Part shown: positions 18,035-26,110 of the stretch, piece by piece | How the letters are laid out: each line of letters begins with the position of its first letter | Position numbering within the stretch: position 1 is the stretch's first letter | Sequence record: NC_021529.2 | Direction: 5' to 3' (one strand) | DNA length: 64,000 nucleotides | Notes under the pieces: generated by a model | Told to the model about the DNA's origin: nothing | Seen by the model: the letters and a program-made list of their open reading frames with translations, nothing else | Database searches by the model: none | Position numbers and translations under genes: made by a program

Positions 18035-18214
18035 ATGTTTATTATCTCAATCTCTATCTTTCTATCTGCAATCTATCTAATATGGACAGATAATAGTACA
18101 GATAACCTAGAAAGAGTATTAGCGCAAGTGATACTGCTAATGGCAGCAGCAATCAACTGCGTCGCTCAATGGGCTCTAAGCGACATTCTATCAGTAACGA
18201 TGACTATATCATGA
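18035..18214 (+). CDS. Two-TM microprotein (59 aa)
   Basis: Read by hand: MFIISISIFLSAIYLIWTDNSTDNLERVLAQVILLMAAAINCVAQWALSDILSVTMTIS. Confidence 0.6.
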   Translation: MFIISISIFLSAIYLIWTDNSTDNLERVLAQVILLMAAAINCVAQWALSDILSVTMTIS

Positions 18215-18327
18215 TGTACCGCAAAAACGCTTAGAATACCACACAGACACGCTCAGAGCATAGGACAATACTCATTACCATACTCATTGTTTTTGATATA
18301 TCGCACCCCGGTTCGTTTTCTACAACA

Positions 18328-18436
18328 TGTGGGTAAATCTGTGGATAATATGTGGGTGAGATTGTGCATAAGTGTCTGAGATATGTGGATAAAAACAGAA
18401 ATCAATTGTGGATAAGTCTGTGGATTACGTGGATAA
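18328..18436 (-). repeat. Array of 8 co-oriented DnaA-box-like 9-mers
   Basis: + strand TGTGGGTAA 18328, TGTGGATAA 18340, TGTGGGTGA 18351, TGTGCATAA 18363, TGTGGATAA 18384, TGTGGATAA 18407, TGTGGATTA 18419, CGTGGATAA 18428 (reverse complement of TTATCCACA), in a 370-bp intergenic gap. Confidence 0.85.
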
Positions 18437-18584
18437 GTTTTTTGGCTAAAAATAGCAAAAGGCTCATCGGGAGTGGTGGGAATCGCATTTGAACGAATGT
18501 GGTAAAGAACTTACACCATTTCTGAAAAATAATTTGACACCGCTTGCGCTTATGTGAGAAGATAGCGCGGTGAGAGGAGAGAAT

Positions 18585-19115
18585 ATGAAACAACTGATAT
18601 TAAAAGAGCGCATGAGTTTGCGAGTGGTAGACCAAGAGCAAGTGCATAGAGTGCCTTACCATACTCTGCGACATGAGAATCGAACTGGTTTGCCGTTTAA
18701 TGTCGAGTGCAAAGGTGATGGTTGTGTTATGTGTTCGCATGTTGACGGTTTGATTGCAGCACAGAAAGGTTCAGAGGCGTTTCATTTACGAGCTAAAGTG
18801 CGATACCAAGTGCGAGTAATCGACTTGAATGATGTATCGAGTGGTGTACAGATGTTGTGTTTTGGTCGCTCGTTGATTGAAGCCGTGACTGATGCGCTTG
18901 AGGGTTCAAACGAGCGTGAGTATCGACCACTTGAGATACGTTCATCTGACTTTGCTCATGGGTTTCGTAGTTACAGAGATTCATTTGCTGGTGATGTTAT
19001 TCGTACAGCAATTAAGATGAAATTCAAGCCAACTGATGAGTACAAGTTACCGTTTTACATTACGCCGTATGATGCTGATGCAATTCTGCGACATTTATTG
19101 AAGGGGTTAACATGA
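18585..19115 (+). CDS. gp32-like Zn-binding ssDNA-binding-fold protein (truncated, no acidic tail)
   Basis: H-x15-C-x4-C-x2-C, then RAKVRYQVRVIDL...VQMLCFGRSLIEAV, recalling the gp32 core; strong GAGAGGAG SD. Confidence 0.5.
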   Translation: MKQLILKERMSLRVVDQEQVHRVPYHTLRHENRTGLPFNVECKGDGCVMCSHVDGLIAAQKGSEAFHLRAKVRYQVRVIDLNDVSSGVQMLCFGRSLIEAVTDALEGSNEREYRPLEIRSSDFAHGFRSYRDSFAGDVIRTAIKMKFKPTDEYKLPFYITPYDADAILRHLLKGLT

Positions 19116-19258
19116 TTACATTAGCTTTGTTCTATATGAGTCGAGATATGAATTACAATCATCGACCAAGTGACTTGTATATGGGTACAGTGATATTAGA
19201 CTTTGCCTTAATCGCGACTGTGTTTTGTGGTATTATGATGTTTACGGGAAATTGGTAA
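19112..19258 (+). CDS. Small membrane protein (48 aa)
   Basis: Read by hand: MITLALFYMSRD...ILDFALIATVFCGIMMFTGNW; overlaps both neighbours. Confidence 0.55.
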   Translation: MITLALFYMSRDMNYNHRPSDLYMGTVILDFALIATVFCGIMMFTGNW

Positions 19259-19872
19259 TGAAAAAGATTGAGTTACATAAGAAAGTAGTAGAGAAGAAAG
19301 GTGTCTTGCCAGATCAAGTTATGGTGAGAGTTGAGACGTATTACCGTTCATTGAGTGGTTATTTGAATCATCTAAGTGCTGAGCATAAGTTACGTGGCAT
19401 TACTTATTCTACGCATATGCTTGTTACAGAGGATGGTGCATTCTTCAGTATTGACGAAGACCGTTTGAATGGTGATAAGCAGACACGTGAAAAGCACGAT
19501 GGTCAGTTAGTTTCAGTACATGCGCGTTTACAGTTGCCATCGAAAGATTGGGATTGGTATCCTTGTAAGTGGAAAAGCGGTCGTCTTGTGTATACGTACA
19601 AAGAGCAAGATTTCGTTGAAGAAGAGCACGAGCTAGTGGTTGGTGAGATTATCGACATTTATGCTGCTGATGATGCGCAAGCACGTTCTCCACATGATGC
19701 AACTATCATTGTGAGTCGTCCGAAGCAAATCGTTGTTGAAGCGTATGGTCGACTTGCGATATTCCACGTTAGTAATACAGAGAACAATGGTGATTTGATT
19801 TCTGATTGTGGTGAGTATCGTTTAAGTGGCAAGTACGCTGCTAGTGAATACGATGAAGAGCTTCATTCTTGA
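19258..19872 (+). CDS. hypothetical protein
   Basis: ATG in TAATG overlap; no family recognised. Confidence 0.65.
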   Translation: MKKIELHKKVVEKKGVLPDQVMVRVETYYRSLSGYLNHLSAEHKLRGITYSTHMLVTEDGAFFSIDEDRLNGDKQTREKHDGQLVSVHARLQLPSKDWDWYPCKWKSGRLVYTYKEQDFVEEEHELVVGEIIDIYAADDAQARSPHDATIIVSRPKQIVVEAYGRLAIFHVSNTENNGDLISDCGEYRLSGKYAASEYDEELHS

Positions 19873-19973
19873 TGATTGTTTCAATCTCAACGTGGGTGTT
19901 TTGCAAGTATTGCAATTACCCATTCAAAGGTGATTCATCTGGCAATAAGTTATGTGCTAAATGTCAAATGTAA
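19872..19973 (+). CDS. Micro zinc-finger protein (33 aa)
   Basis: Read by hand: MIVSISTWVFCKYCNYPFKGDSSGNKLCAKCQM (CxxC...CxxC). Confidence 0.55.
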   Translation: MIVSISTWVFCKYCNYPFKGDSSGNKLCAKCQM

Positions 19974-19983
19974 AAAGTTAAAG

Positions 19984-20063
19984 AAAAGGGTTGCGCTATG
20001 CAGCCCTTTTTTGTATTATCTCTATATCGAAACGACATCGACTAACAAAGAGAGAATATTATG
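19984..20063 (+). promoter_or_regulatory. Early promoter/hairpin cassette
   Basis: AAAAGGGTTGC-GCTAT-GCAGCCCTTTTTT; TTGCGC 19991, 17 bp spacer, TATTAT 20014. Confidence 0.8.
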
Positions 20064-20417
20064 TTTAACGCTACTGAAGTACTAAACCAACTTACACAAT
20101 CAAACAACGGTCAATCTCGCTTAGTTGCAATGACTGGTGCTAAGAACTTGCTTCAGTCTGAAGAGAAACAGTTTGTTTCATTCAAGCTACCGAAAGCAGT
20201 ACGTGGTATTAACTACGTGAAAATCACTCTTAACGCATCAGATCTATATGATGTTGAGTTTGGTAAAGTCTCGAACAAAGCTTGTCCAGAAATGAAAAAG
20301 CTTGGCATTAAAGTGATGCTGCCGAATTACGACGTGAAAACAGTAGTAAACGACGTATACAATGACTCGTTAAAAGCTTGTTTCGAACGTGAAACGACTC
20401 TTTTACTATCTCTATAA
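20061..20417 (+). CDS. Conserved phage hypothetical protein
   Basis: AMTGAKNL...INYVKITLNASDLYDVEF. Confidence 0.7.
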   Translation: MFNATEVLNQLTQSNNGQSRLVAMTGAKNLLQSEEKQFVSFKLPKAVRGINYVKITLNASDLYDVEFGKVSNKACPEMKKLGIKVMLPNYDVKTVVNDVYNDSLKACFERETTLLLSL

Positions 20418-20427
20418 GGAAAATATT

Positions 20428-20790
20428 ATGCCTATTCCATCAATTGTTGGTAATATCGCTGCTGATTTGCTTGAAGACACCGAGCTTTTGAGCGATAGTC
20501 GGTCTTATACTTGCTTCATGCTAGAAGACAAAGCATACAATCACGTCGAACACAAGATTGATTTGATTGAGTACATTCACATTTCAGGCATTGAATTCAT
20601 CTTGGCAATTCGTGATGGTAAAGTGAAACTACCATTTGAACTAGACGAAGATGCTAAGCGAGACCTCAATACAATGATCGCTGACCAATATGCAGGTGCG
20701 TTTGTACACGTTTTAGCAGCCGATGATATGGAAAAATTCCATATTATTCGTTCAGAATGGTTAAAATTTCTTGCAAAAGAGGCAAAATAA
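20428..20790 (+). CDS. Paralog family A, copy 1
   Basis: YTC...AFVH...RSEWLKFL. Confidence 0.75.
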   Translation: MPIPSIVGNIAADLLEDTELLSDSRSYTCFMLEDKAYNHVEHKIDLIEYIHISGIEFILAIRDGKVKLPFELDEDAKRDLNTMIADQYAGAFVHVLAADDMEKFHIIRSEWLKFLAKEAK

Positions 20791-21206
20791 TGAAGAAAAT
20801 CATACTTTTAGGCGCATTTTCAGCTATTTTGACGGGTTGTGGTGGTGATTGGGAGACATTAGAGCGCGTATATCTGATGCAGAGAACGCCAGCACAGCAA
20901 GCTATTGTTGACGAATGGGCTGTTCAATGTAAAGAGAAAGAGCTTGACCAAGGGTTGGTTGCTGGTTGTACAACGCTTGCTGAAGCGACATATGCGAATT
21001 ACGGTGATAGAGTTGCATACGCTACTTACGTTAGAAACGGTCGTGTGTATAAGCGTACGCCTTGTAATGTCGATGGGCTTACTGAACGAGAAGGTTTAGT
21101 TTGCAGTGGTAAAGTTGAAAAAATCGTAATTAAATCTGAAAAATTGCTTGACGTACGCCCCCAAAACCGCGATAATAGCTCTATCGAAACGAGATACGTT
21201 AACTAG
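20790..21206 (+). CDS. Lipoprotein
   Basis: MKKIILLGAFSAILTGC lipobox; four further Cys. Confidence 0.75.
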   Translation: MKKIILLGAFSAILTGCGGDWETLERVYLMQRTPAQQAIVDEWAVQCKEKELDQGLVAGCTTLAEATYANYGDRVAYATYVRNGRVYKRTPCNVDGLTEREGLVCSGKVEKIVIKSEKLLDVRPQNRDNSSIETRYVN

Positions 21207-21219
21207 AGAGAACATTATG
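21148..21219 (+). promoter_or_regulatory. Early promoter cassette
   Basis: TTGACG 21148, 17 bp spacer, GATAAT 21171; TATCGAAACGAGATAC and GAGAGAACATTATG. Confidence 0.75.
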
Positions 21220-21441
21220 ACTGATTACGAATTCGACGCACTATCAAACGCAGCACAAGTTGCACACATGAACGTTGAAGTTGTTGAAACTGTAAAGACA
21301 GTAAACGACGTGAACTACGTAAAGCGCGAATTCTTGCTTGATGGTGAAGAGTACAAAGCACCACACTTCGAGTGCAACTGCACTATCAAGCACACAGAAG
21401 AAGAAATTCTTGCGTGGATTGACGAAGTATTTTTTGCTTAG
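21217..21441 (+). CDS. hypothetical protein
   Basis: First gene after cassette. Confidence 0.65.
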   Translation: MTDYEFDALSNAAQVAHMNVEVVETVKTVNDVNYVKREFLLDGEEYKAPHFECNCTIKHTEEEILAWIDEVFFA

Positions 21442-21453
21442 AGAGAGAACATT

Positions 21454-21777
21454 ATGACTAATTCAGATATTCAAGACATCAAAGACGCTGCTATTACTGT
21501 ACTAGAACGTCGCAAGTTCGACGATTGGACTTGCTGTCAAATTGCAATGCTTCTACCTGATGACGAATCGATCCGAATCGCTGCTCTTAACTACATCGAA
21601 TCGTTTCGTGATGCGTTTATCGATACTCTAGGTCTACCAGAGCATATCGCATCAGAAGCGGTAAACTACACGTCATTTTTAGACTGTATTGAAATCGACA
21701 CTAAAGGTGAGTTGTCTATGGAATACCTTCGTGAATCATGGTTGAAGTTTCTCATTGCTAATGTGGAGAAAAACTAA
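21454..21777 (+). CDS. Paralog family A, copy 2 (divergent)
   Basis: WTCC...RESWLKFL. Confidence 0.7.
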   Translation: MTNSDIQDIKDAAITVLERRKFDDWTCCQIAMLLPDDESIRIAALNYIESFRDAFIDTLGLPEHIASEAVNYTSFLDCIEIDTKGELSMEYLRESWLKFLIANVEKN

Positions 21778-22157
21778 TGACTGATTTAGAGATTCAAGAA
21801 CAAGTACGTTCTCAAGCAGCGCGTATTCTTAAAGAAAACGACTTTCATCATATCTGTATGTACACGTGTAATGAAATCGAGTATGCGATTGTCGAAGGCA
21901 ACCAGTTTACTGCTGAAGAAAAACCGCATGTGCGTTACGTAGTTAGTGATTACATCGAAACTCAAGCTACGAGTTTTCTTCATGCATTACGCAATGACAG
22001 CTCAATTCTAGGGTTTAGTATTGGTCGTATTTTACCATTCGGCGCGTTTATTCATTCAATCGCACGTGTTGATGTTGGTATAGGGAATGTTGATAAATCT
22101 CGATTTACAGCAGCACGAGCAGCTTGGTTGAAATACCTTTCTACTGGAGAAATGTAA
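21777..22157 (+). CDS. Paralog family A, copy 3
   Basis: YTC...AFIH...RAAWLKYL. Confidence 0.75.
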   Translation: MTDLEIQEQVRSQAARILKENDFHHICMYTCNEIEYAIVEGNQFTAEEKPHVRYVVSDYIETQATSFLHALRNDSSILGFSIGRILPFGAFIHSIARVDVGIGNVDKSRFTAARAAWLKYLSTGEM

Positions 22158-22513
22158 TGGAAAAAGTACTACGCGAAGTAGCAAAAGAGCTACTTGAAGA
22201 AACCGATCTTCTAAAAGACCGAGGCTTTTTTAGCTGTCATGAGCTACGTGACCGCGCAAAACATCGAGGTGTCAATGCATTCAAAGTTGAAATACTAATT
22301 GACCGACTTGGTGAAAAATTCGTTGAGCGTATCAGAGCACGTAAAAGCGGTGTCGATATCGCTGAGTTTGCATATCGTCGTAATGAAAACCGTAGTTACG
22401 TTGGTGCTTTTGTTCATGCGTATTCGTACGTATATGAAGACGAAATTAACGTAAACACGTTATTCGAGATTCGCAAAGCATGGCTTAAATTCGTAGTAGA
22501 GAGTGAATACTAA
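22157..22513 (+). CDS. Paralog family A, copy 4
   Basis: FSC...AFVH...RKAWLKFV. Confidence 0.75.
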   Translation: MEKVLREVAKELLEETDLLKDRGFFSCHELRDRAKHRGVNAFKVEILIDRLGEKFVERIRARKSGVDIAEFAYRRNENRSYVGAFVHAYSYVYEDEINVNTLFEIRKAWLKFVVESEY

Positions 22514-22887
22514 TGATTGATGAACTAGTCAAAGAAACCGCAGCGAGTATGCTTGAAGATAAAAGTCTGCTTTGCGACGTGAAAGAATATTCATGTTGTG
22601 TTATCGTCGATAAGATGGTAGAGAATCATGGCTACGCGCCTCATACTGTATATCAGCATTTAGATGTAAAAGGCGTTGAGTTCTTACAGCTTATTTTAGA
22701 CAAGCCAGAAACACTATGCTTTGAATTATCACCTGATACACTCGCTATGGTAAAAGAAGACATCGAAGAACAAGACCCAACGGCGTTTGTTCATTATATT
22801 TCTCGTAATAGCACTGATGACTTGAGCGACGTTCGTTTTAAAAACGTACGTACAGCATGGTTAACTTTCTTAGCAGAAGGGAATTAA
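22513..22887 (+). CDS. Paralog family A, copy 5
   Basis: YSC...AFVH...RTAWLTFL. Confidence 0.75.
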   Translation: MIDELVKETAASMLEDKSLLCDVKEYSCCVIVDKMVENHGYAPHTVYQHLDVKGVEFLQLILDKPETLCFELSPDTLAMVKEDIEEQDPTAFVHYISRNSTDDLSDVRFKNVRTAWLTFLAEGN

Positions 22888-22888
22888 G

Positions 22889-23410
22889 ATGACATTAGAA
22901 GAACGCCTTGCATTGCTCGAACAAGAGCTAAGCACCACACCACCAGCGCAAATACTAGCTGAATTGAAGTCATACGAGCCTAAAGGTTCGCTAGTGGATG
23001 ATTTCATTCTTGAAACACTCATCCCGACTCTAGCTAAATCCAAAGCACATGAGCTACTAGCTGATGAGCGTATGGTCACAGACATGGAAGTTTACACGTG
23101 CAACGAGATCAACAACTTTGTAATTGATGCGCTTGAAATCGACGATTACGACGAAGCACAAGCGGTTCGTTTTTATCTTCAAGATCAATCTAAGGCGTTT
23201 GTTGAAAGCGTTGTATCTGATGCAGAATCTGTAGTAGGGTTTACACCATCTGACTATGCATTATCTGAATTACAGGTAAGTCTTGATAATTGTCGTTACC
23301 AAGGTGCGTTTATTCATGTAATGGTAATGAACGACTACGGCTATAAAGACGAGACGAAGTTCCCATCTGCTCGTACAGCTTGGTTGAAATTTATCTTAGA
23401 AAATGCTTGA
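22889..23410 (+). CDS. Paralog family A, copy 6 (N-terminal extension)
   Basis: YTC...AFIH...RTAWLKFI. Confidence 0.75.
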   Translation: MTLEERLALLEQELSTTPPAQILAELKSYEPKGSLVDDFILETLIPTLAKSKAHELLADERMVTDMEVYTCNEINNFVIDALEIDDYDEAQAVRFYLQDQSKAFVESVVSDAESVVGFTPSDYALSELQVSLDNCRYQGAFIHVMVMNDYGYKDETKFPSARTAWLKFILENA

Positions 23411-23435
23411 CAGACATTTCATACATCTGTATTCT
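23407..23435 (+). promoter_or_regulatory. sigma70-type promoter
   Basis: TTGACA 23407, 17 bp spacer, TATTCT 23430. Confidence 0.7.
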
Positions 23436-23458
23436 ACGTGTATTGAAAAGGAGATAAC

Positions 23459-23854
23459 ATGAAACTACGTACACTAATCATCGAAGGCGCAGCAGAGCTA
23501 GTTCAAGACAAAGAGCTTTTATCAGACCAATCCCAATTCAGTTGCGGTCTAGTTGCAATGCACTGTTGTAAACACGTTAAATCATCTAGACAATTTCGAG
23601 TTTACGACGAAGCGCAGAAAATCATTCGTCTTGAAGCGAAGGTGTTTTTGAAAAAGATACTAGCTGATGACGAATCGATTATCGGGTTTAGCTTATCTGA
23701 TGAACTACGCGAAAAAACAGAAGGTATGCTTGGTTACGAGTGTAATGCCTTTGTTCATACGCTATCAACAATAGCTGAAGACGTTCGCGACGCGAATCGA
23801 TTCACTGCTGTACGTAAAGCATGGTTAACTCACTTAGCAAATGGAGAAGTATAA
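23459..23854 (+). CDS. Paralog family A, copy 7
   Basis: FSC...AFVH...RKAWLTHL. Confidence 0.75.
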   Translation: MKLRTLIIEGAAELVQDKELLSDQSQFSCGLVAMHCCKHVKSSRQFRVYDEAQKIIRLEAKVFLKKILADDESIIGFSLSDELREKTEGMLGYECNAFVHTLSTIAEDVRDANRFTAVRKAWLTHLANGEV

Positions 23855-24222
23855 TGTACGATTTAATGGCAGCAAAAGCACGTAAGATTCTAAGCGATTC
23901 TGATTTCATGACAAACGAGCACGAGTTTAGTTGCCTTGCTATTGCTGGTTATGTTGAGCGTAACAGCGACATGCGTTACCGTGATGCAAGTGCAGCAGTG
24001 AAAGAGCTTGGTGCATCGTTTGTTTACCAAGTGCTAAAAGACGACGTATTCATGCTTGGTTTTGAGCTATCAGATTATGCTCGTGCGAAGATCGCATATG
24101 AAGTCGACCAGTTTGTTCATGATATCGCGTCATCATCTGAAGACAATATCGACCCAGAGCTGTTTCTACGTGCTCGTAAATCATGGTTAGAGTTTGTCAT
24201 TGAAAATGGGGAAGTGCAATGA
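23854..24222 (+). CDS. Paralog family A, copy 8
   Basis: FSC...QFVH...RKSWLEFV. Confidence 0.75.
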   Translation: MYDLMAAKARKILSDSDFMTNEHEFSCLAIAGYVERNSDMRYRDASAAVKELGASFVYQVLKDDVFMLGFELSDYARAKIAYEVDQFVHDIASSSEDNIDPELFLRARKSWLEFVIENGEVQ

Positions 24223-24575
24223 TTTCATTGTTAGTTAAAGTAGAAGCATTCAAGTTGCTTGAAGACAAAGACCTTCTACGTGATACATGCCAGTACACAT
24301 GTAATATTCTAGAAGACAACGCGCATCAAGTCAGTACATACGGTCGTATTGCTATTGGTGAATACATCGAAGAGAAAGGTCTAGAGTTTTTACAGTGCGT
24401 TCTAGACGAAGAAATCAATTTCAGTTTTGATTTTGACCGTGAATCGATTGCTGAATCTGTTCGTGATAAATTCCCTGGTGCATTTGTGAATCATATTTCA
24501 GGTGAAGACATAGAGTGTTTTGCCGAAGTTCGCAGAGCATGGTTAGAGTTTTTGACAGTGGAGCGTGACGTATGA
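24219..24575 (+). CDS. Paralog family A, copy 9
   Basis: YTC...AFVNH...RRAWLEFL. Confidence 0.75.
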   Translation: MISLLVKVEAFKLLEDKDLLRDTCQYTCNILEDNAHQVSTYGRIAIGEYIEEKGLEFLQCVLDEEINFSFDFDRESIAESVRDKFPGAFVNHISGEDIECFAEVRRAWLEFLTVERDV

Positions 24576-24922
24576 AATTAGAAGAACTAGCAGTAGTTCA
24601 TCCGTATTACTGTTCAGACAGTAATTACTACAGTAATGACGCGGGGTGTTCGTTTGAGACAGCGACTGACTTTCTAGAAGAGTTCAACGACGCTGACATT
24701 GACATGAACTTGGTTTTTCGTTGGGATGTCAAGCCGCATTTAGACGCTGAAACAGAAGAAGTCACAGACAAGTTCTACGCTGATGTGTTTATGATACACC
24801 AACGCAAAGGTATTTTCGCGCCGTATCACATCGAGTCTATTACAGAGGACGAAGCATCTAGTTTCGCTGAGTATCTACGTAGACATAAAGAAGCATTAAC
24901 TAAGTTATGGGAGCCGTTATGA
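24572..24922 (+). CDS. Conserved phage hypothetical protein
   Basis: HPYYCSDSNYYS...NLVFRWDV...HQRKG. Confidence 0.7.
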   Translation: MKLEELAVVHPYYCSDSNYYSNDAGCSFETATDFLEEFNDADIDMNLVFRWDVKPHLDAETEEVTDKFYADVFMIHQRKGIFAPYHIESITEDEASSFAEYLRRHKEALTKLWEPL

Positions 24923-25155
24923 TTTTCTTCAATATCTTATTGCTATACGTGTTCATTGCTGTTATGCTGTATATGTACAGCGCGGGTTGTGAATACGCTA
25001 TGTACAAGTTAAAAGGTCACCTAGATAGCAAGTTTCCAATCACATTCTTTGACACTCACAAGATGATTGCTGCTGGTTGTTTCTTGTGGTTACCTATTCT
25101 TATGTTCATTGTTCACAATGAAATCGTGAATTTGAAATCGAAGTTCAAGAGGTAG
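24919..25155 (+). CDS. Small membrane protein
   Basis: Two hydrophobic segments. Confidence 0.6.
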   Translation: MIFFNILLLYVFIAVMLYMYSAGCEYAMYKLKGHLDSKFPITFFDTHKMIAAGCFLWLPILMFIVHNEIVNLKSKFKR

Positions 25156-25157
25156 AC

Positions 25158-25463
25158 ATGAAAGACTACAATCGAACGTTAGTAGGGATCAACTACAAGA
25201 GCGGTATTAAGGTAGCGTTTTGGGTTTACAACATGAAAGTGCGTTCTCGCGGTTCATCGTATGAGAGAATCAATTGGTCTTCAGCTACTCCGCCAGTTGA
25301 TCCTCATATGCAAGAGCGACTAAAGCACATATCAAAGCATGTGTTAATCGGTGAGCCGCCTATTTCGTTAGCGGGTGATATTAATGACATTGAAAGCGTA
25401 TGGAATCTTTATTCATACGAAGGTGAAGATGGTAAAAAGCCAGAGGAAGAAGATGAAATTTGA
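25158..25463 (+). CDS. hypothetical protein
   Basis: Packed ORF. Confidence 0.6.
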   Translation: MKDYNRTLVGINYKSGIKVAFWVYNMKVRSRGSSYERINWSSATPPVDPHMQERLKHISKHVLIGEPPISLAGDINDIESVWNLYSYEGEDGKKPEEEDEI

Positions 25464-25644
25464 TTTTGTATTAGACGTATTCTTGACAGTAGTTATGCTG
25501 TTCGTCGGTGTCCTTCAGCTATTTGTTGGTGCATTGCTGTTAATCTTAGGTGTTATCATTGGTGTAATTGCGATTGTTGGTGGTGTTATTATTACTGCTA
25601 TTGTATGGCCATTGATTCAGCTTTACGAATGGATCGCGAAATGA
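25453..25644 (+). CDS. Very hydrophobic small membrane protein
   Basis: About 45 consecutive hydrophobic residues. Confidence 0.6.
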   Translation: MKFDFVLDVFLTVVMLFVGVLQLFVGALLLILGVIIGVIAIVGGVIITAIVWPLIQLYEWIAK

Positions 25645-25961
25645 TAGACTTAAAATCGCTTATCAAGAACGTGAAACAAGCTCGTGATCATCCAGAACTC
25701 GACTTATGTCGCTGTAGCGTATGTCATACTGATTTCAAAGTCAGTGAATGTATTCACGACTACGGTCATCATGACGGTTGGGAAATGCCGGCTTATACAG
25801 AGATTCAATGTCCTGATTGTGACGAAGGTTGTATTGAAGATTTCTGGTCAAGTGATAAAGCAGTTCTTGAGTACGGTGAATATCTACAAGAGAACGACCC
25901 AGAGCGTTTTGACGAGTACAAGACGTATTATCCAGATGTGTATGGAGAGAAAAATGTATAA
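25641..25961 (+). CDS. Zn-ribbon protein
   Basis: CRCSVC...CPDCDEGC. Confidence 0.65.
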   Translation: MIDLKSLIKNVKQARDHPELDLCRCSVCHTDFKVSECIHDYGHHDGWEMPAYTEIQCPDCDEGCIEDFWSSDKAVLEYGEYLQENDPERFDEYKTYYPDVYGEKNV

Positions 25962-26109
25962 TGGTGATATGAACACGCCTGCGGGATTAGATTTCGACAA
26001 GCGTTCAGAGACGTATGAAGATTATTTGCTAAAGAGCAAAGACAACTCTGATTACTCGCGCCGAGTGAAGCGAGCTATTAAAGCGAAGCAAGCTAGACGT
26101 GGTTATTAG
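25954..26109 (+). CDS. Small basic hypothetical protein
   Basis: GGAGAG SD before ATG 25954. Confidence 0.55.
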   Translation: MYNGDMNTPAGLDFDKRSETYEDYLLKSKDNSDYSRRVKRAIKAKQARRGY

Positions 26110-26110
26110 T

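Noticed and set aside
18328-18436. CRISPR array or captured bacterial oriC
   Set aside because: Repeats are 9 bp with 0-14 bp gaps, far from CRISPR geometry. There are no GATC sites in 18215-18584 and all boxes face the same way, unlike gammaproteobacterial oriC.
18402-18593. 63-aa - strand ORF overlapping the DnaA-box array
   Set aside because: No SD and no protein-like pattern; it reads through the repeats by chance.
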